A stretch of DNA of 10,509 nucleotides, taken from NCBI GenBank assembly GCA_046597055.1, contig JBKJLC010000233.1, positions 1 to 10,509 on the forward strand, read 5' to 3'. A program made the translations under genes and the position numbers. The DNA comes from Kofleriaceae bacterium (lineage in GTDB: Bacteria; Myxococcota_A; Polyangia; Haliangiales; Haliangiaceae). The notes beneath the pieces are model-generated. The model did not search any database. It was not told the DNA's origin and was given only the letters and a program-made list of their open reading frames with translations. Each line of letters begins with the position of its first letter. The first letter of the stretch is position 1. Positions 7,704-10,509 of this stretch are shown here, piece after piece.

Positions 7704-9803
7704 ATGAGCCGTGGCGGCCAGCCACCGTCGATCGCGCGCACCCGAAACATCGGGATCATGGCGCACATCGACGCTGGCAAGACGACGACCACGGAACGCA
7801 TCCTGTTCTACGCGGGCGTGATCTCACGCGTCGGCGACGTCGATGATGGCTCGGCCTTCACCGACTGGATGGAGCAGGAGCAGGAGCGCGGCATCAGCAT
7901 CACCGCGGCCTCGACCACGTTCACGTGGGCCGGCCACCTGGTGAACCTGATCGACACGCCTGGCCATGTCGACTTCACCATGGAAGTCGAGCGTAGCCTG
8001 CGCGTGCTCGACGGCGCGATCGCCGTGTTCTCGGCGGTCGAGGGCGTGCAGTCGCAGAGCGAGATGGTCTGGCGACAGGCCGACCGCTACGGCGTGCCGC
8101 GGCTGGCCTTCGTCAACAAGTGCGACCGCACCGGGGCCGACCCTGACGAGGTCGTCGCCCAGATGCGCGACCGGCTCGGCGCGCATCCGGTCGTGGTGCA
8201 GCTTCCGATCGGCCTCGAAGACGACTTCACCGGCGTGATCGACCTGGTGTCGATGACCGCGCGCGTGTGGGACGACGCCAGCCTCGGCGTGCGGTTCGAG
8301 GACGGCCCGGTGCCGGCCGAGCTCGCCACTGACGCGGCCGCGGCCCGCGACGTCATGCTCGAACAGCTGGCGCTCGCCGACGAGGACTTCCTCGCGGCGT
8401 ACCTGGCCGCCAGCGAGCCGGCCACCCTCGAGCTCGCGAGCATCAAGGGCGCGCTTCGCCGCGCGACGCTCGCCGGCAAGGCGGTCCCGGTCCTGGTCGG
8501 CGCGGCCTACCGCAACCAGGGCGTGCACAACTTGCTCGACGCGGTGGTCGACTACCTGCCGTCGCCGGCCGATCTGCCGGCGGTGTCCGGCATCGTCCCC
8601 GGCACCAGCACCGTCGTCACCCGCATGCCGGATCCGGCGGCGCCGCTGGCCGCGCTCGCGTTCAAGGTGATGACCGACGAGTCCGGCAAGGGCCAGCTCA
8701 CCTACGTGCGCGTCTACGCCGGTCGGCTGACGATCGGCGCCTCGGTCCTCAACGCGACCAAGGGCAAGCACGAGCATGTCGGCCGCCTCGTTCGCATGCA
8801 CGCCAATCACCGCGAGGATGTCGAGGAGATCGTCGCCGGCGGCATCGGCGCGATCGTCGGCGGCCGCACCCTCGCGACCGGCGACACCCTGACCGACGCG
8901 GCCGCGCCGATCGTGCTCGACGCGATGCACGTGCCCGAGCCGGTCATCGGGGTGACGATCGAGCCCGCCACCGCCGCCGACGAAGTCCGGCTGCGCGAGG
9001 CGCTCGACCGGCTCGCCCTCGAGGATCCGTCGTTCCGCGTCGGCGTCGACGTCGAGACCGGCGCCACCACCATCGCCGGGATGGGCGAGCTCCACCTCGA
9101 GATCCTGGTCGATCGCCTCCGCCGCGAGTTCGGCATCGACGCCCGCGTCGGCCGGCTGGTTGTGGCCTATCGCGAGACCCTGACTGGCTCGGCTCGTGCC
9201 GAGTTCCGGCATCTGGCCACGACCAGTGGACCTGCTCATTTTGGCCATGTCGTCCTCGCGGTCGGCCCGGCCCCGCGCGGCGGCGGCTATCGCTTCGAGA
9301 GCCAGGTCTCCTCCATCGAGGTGCCGGCCGAGTTCGTCCCCGCGGTCGAGGAGGCGGTCACCGAGGCGGTCGCCAAGGGCGTGATCGCCGGCTTCCCGAT
9401 GACCGATCTCACGGTCGCGCTGGTCGGTGGCAGCCACCACGTCGTCGACTCGTCGGCGCGCGGCTACAAGATCGCTGGCACCCGCGCGTTCCGCGACGCC
9501 GCCCTCGCCGCGTCGCCGACCGTCCTCGAGCCGGTGATGGAGCTCGAGATCCGCACCCCCGACGATCACACCGGCGACGTCCTCGGTGATCTGCTCGCAC
9601 GCCGCGCGAAGATCGCCGGCATGCAGGCGCGTCCCGGCGTGCAGGTGATCACCGCGTCGGTCCCGCTCGCCGAGATGGTCGGCTACGCGACCGGCCTGCG
9701 CTCGGGATCTCGTGGTCGCGCGACGTATGCAATGCACTTCAAGGAGTACGCCGAGGTTCCTCATGGTGTACGTGATCGTTTGACTGCCCGCGTGCGGGCC
9801 TGA
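7704..9803 (+). CDS. fusA: Elongation factor G, divergent (EF-G2/spdEFG2-like) copy in the str operon
   Basis: [63 protein letters not shown]; 699 aa; located between rpsG and tuf. Confidence 0.95.
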   Translation: MSRGGQPPSIARTRNIGIMAHIDAGKTTTTERILFYAGVISRVGDVDDGSAFTDWMEQEQERGISITAASTTFTWAGHLVNLIDTPGHVDFTMEVERSLRVLDGAIAVFSAVEGVQSQSEMVWRQADRYGVPRLAFVNKCDRTGADPDEVVAQMRDRLGAHPVVVQLPIGLEDDFTGVIDLVSMTARVWDDASLGVRFEDGPVPAELATDAAAARDVMLEQLALADEDFLAAYLAASEPATLELASIKGALRRATLAGKAVPVLVGAAYRNQGVHNLLDAVVDYLPSPADLPAVSGIVPGTSTVVTRMPDPAAPLAALAFKVMTDESGKGQLTYVRVYAGRLTIGASVLNATKGKHEHVGRLVRMHANHREDVEEIVAGGIGAIVGGRTLATGDTLTDAAAPIVLDAMHVPEPVIGVTIEPATAADEVRLREALDRLALEDPSFRVGVDVETGATTIAGMGELHLEILVDRLRREFGIDARVGRLVVAYRETLTGSARAEFRHLATTSGPAHFGHVVLAVGPAPRGGGYRFESQVSSIEVPAEFVPAVEEAVTEAVAKGVIAGFPMTDLTVALVGGSHHVVDSSARGYKIAGTRAFRDAALAASPTVLEPVMELEIRTPDDHTGDVLGDLLARRAKIAGMQARPGVQVITASVPLAEMVGYATGLRSGSRGRATYAMHFKEYAEVPHGVRDRLTARVRA

Positions 9804-9819
9804 TCGTCAGTATCGCCTT

Positions 9820-9842
9820 CGACCGCGCCGGCGGTCGTTTCT
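9820..9842 (+). promoter_or_regulatory. Hairpin in the fusA-tuf spacer
   Basis: CGACCGC-gccg-GCGGTCG (7-bp perfect stem, 9820-9837) followed by TTTCT and then the tuf RBS GGAGA (9843-9847). Confidence 0.45.
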
Positions 9843-9853
9843 GGAGAGCGCCC

Positions 9854-10509
9854 ATGTCCAAAGAGAAGTTCGTCCGCAACAAGCCCCACGTGAACATCGG
9901 CACGATCGGTCATGTCGATCACGGCAAGACCACGTTGACCGCTGCGATCACCAAGGTGCAGGCGGGCAAGGGCCTCGCGAAGTTCACCGCGTTCGACCAG
10001 ATCGACAAGGCGCCCGAAGAGAAGGCGCGCGGCATCACGATCGCGACCGCTCACGTCGAGTACGAGAGCAGCAAGCGCCACTACGCGCACGTCGACTGCC
10101 CGGGCCACGCCGACTACATCAAGAACATGATCACCGGCGCGGCGCAGATGGACGGCGCCATCCTGGTCTGCAGCGCCGCCGACGGCCCCATGCCGCAAAC
10201 GCGCGAGCACATCCTGCTGGCGCGCCAGGTGGGCGTGCCCTACATCATCGTGTACCTGAACAAGTGCGATATGGTGGATGACGCCGAGTTGCTCGAACTG
10301 GTCGAGATGGAAGTGCGCGAGCTGCTGGACAAGTATGAATTCCCGGGTGACGCGACCCCCATCATCCACGGCTCGGCCAAGCTGGCCATGGAGGGCGACA
10401 AGGGGGAGTTGGGAGAGGGCTCCATCATGAAGCTGGCCGATGCGCTGGACACCTACATCCCTACGCCGGAGCGGGCCATTGATGGCACCTTCCTGATGCC
10501 GGTGGAGGA
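9854..10509 (+). CDS. tuf: Elongation factor Tu (3'-truncated by the window end; absent from the supplied ORF track)
   Basis: Manual translation: [33 protein letters not shown]...[12 protein letters not shown]...[24 protein letters not shown]...NKCD...[22 protein letters not shown] upstream. Confidence 0.99.
   Translation, partial: MSKEKFVRNKPHVNIGTIGHVDHGKTTLTAAITKVQAGKGLAKFTAFDQIDKAPEEKARGITIATAHVEYESSKRHYAHVDCPGHADYIKNMITGAAQMDGAILVCSAADGPMPQTREHILLARQVGVPYIIVYLNKCDMVDDAELLELVEMEVRELLDKYEFPGDATPIIHGSAKLAMEGDKGELGEGSIMKLADALDTYIPTPERAIDGTFLMPVE

Noticed and set aside
7388..7766. Small minus-strand ORFs (7388..7681, 7539..7766) across the rpsG-fusA spacer
   Set aside because: They overlap rpsG or fusA, oppose a highly transcribed operon and show no motifs or evident coding bias.

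Overview
High-GC bacterial DNA whose gene content points to Myxococcota. Everything supported is on the + strand. The left ~6.4 kb is a tightly packed envelope/signalling cluster: the 3' end of a PEGA-type gene, a membrane Hanks-type Ser/Thr kinase with a periplasmic PEGA-like domain, a second paralogous TPR-PEGA exported protein ending in a beta-signal-like Phe, a Cys-rich FG-GAP/VCBS-repeat putative lipoprotein, and a small acidic hypothetical protein. The right ~4 kb is the str operon (sigma70 promoter, rpsL, rpsG, fusA, tuf, truncated at the window end). It has several oddities: a 6-aa insertion in S7, a 248-nt structured rpsG-fusA spacer, a divergent EF-G (altered domain IV loops, RGISI switch I), local dips in GC3 inside fusA, and a tuf gene whose second half looks betaproteobacterial in sequence and codon usage (probable assembly chimera or recombination). 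All comparisons to other organisms' proteins are from memory, not from database searches.
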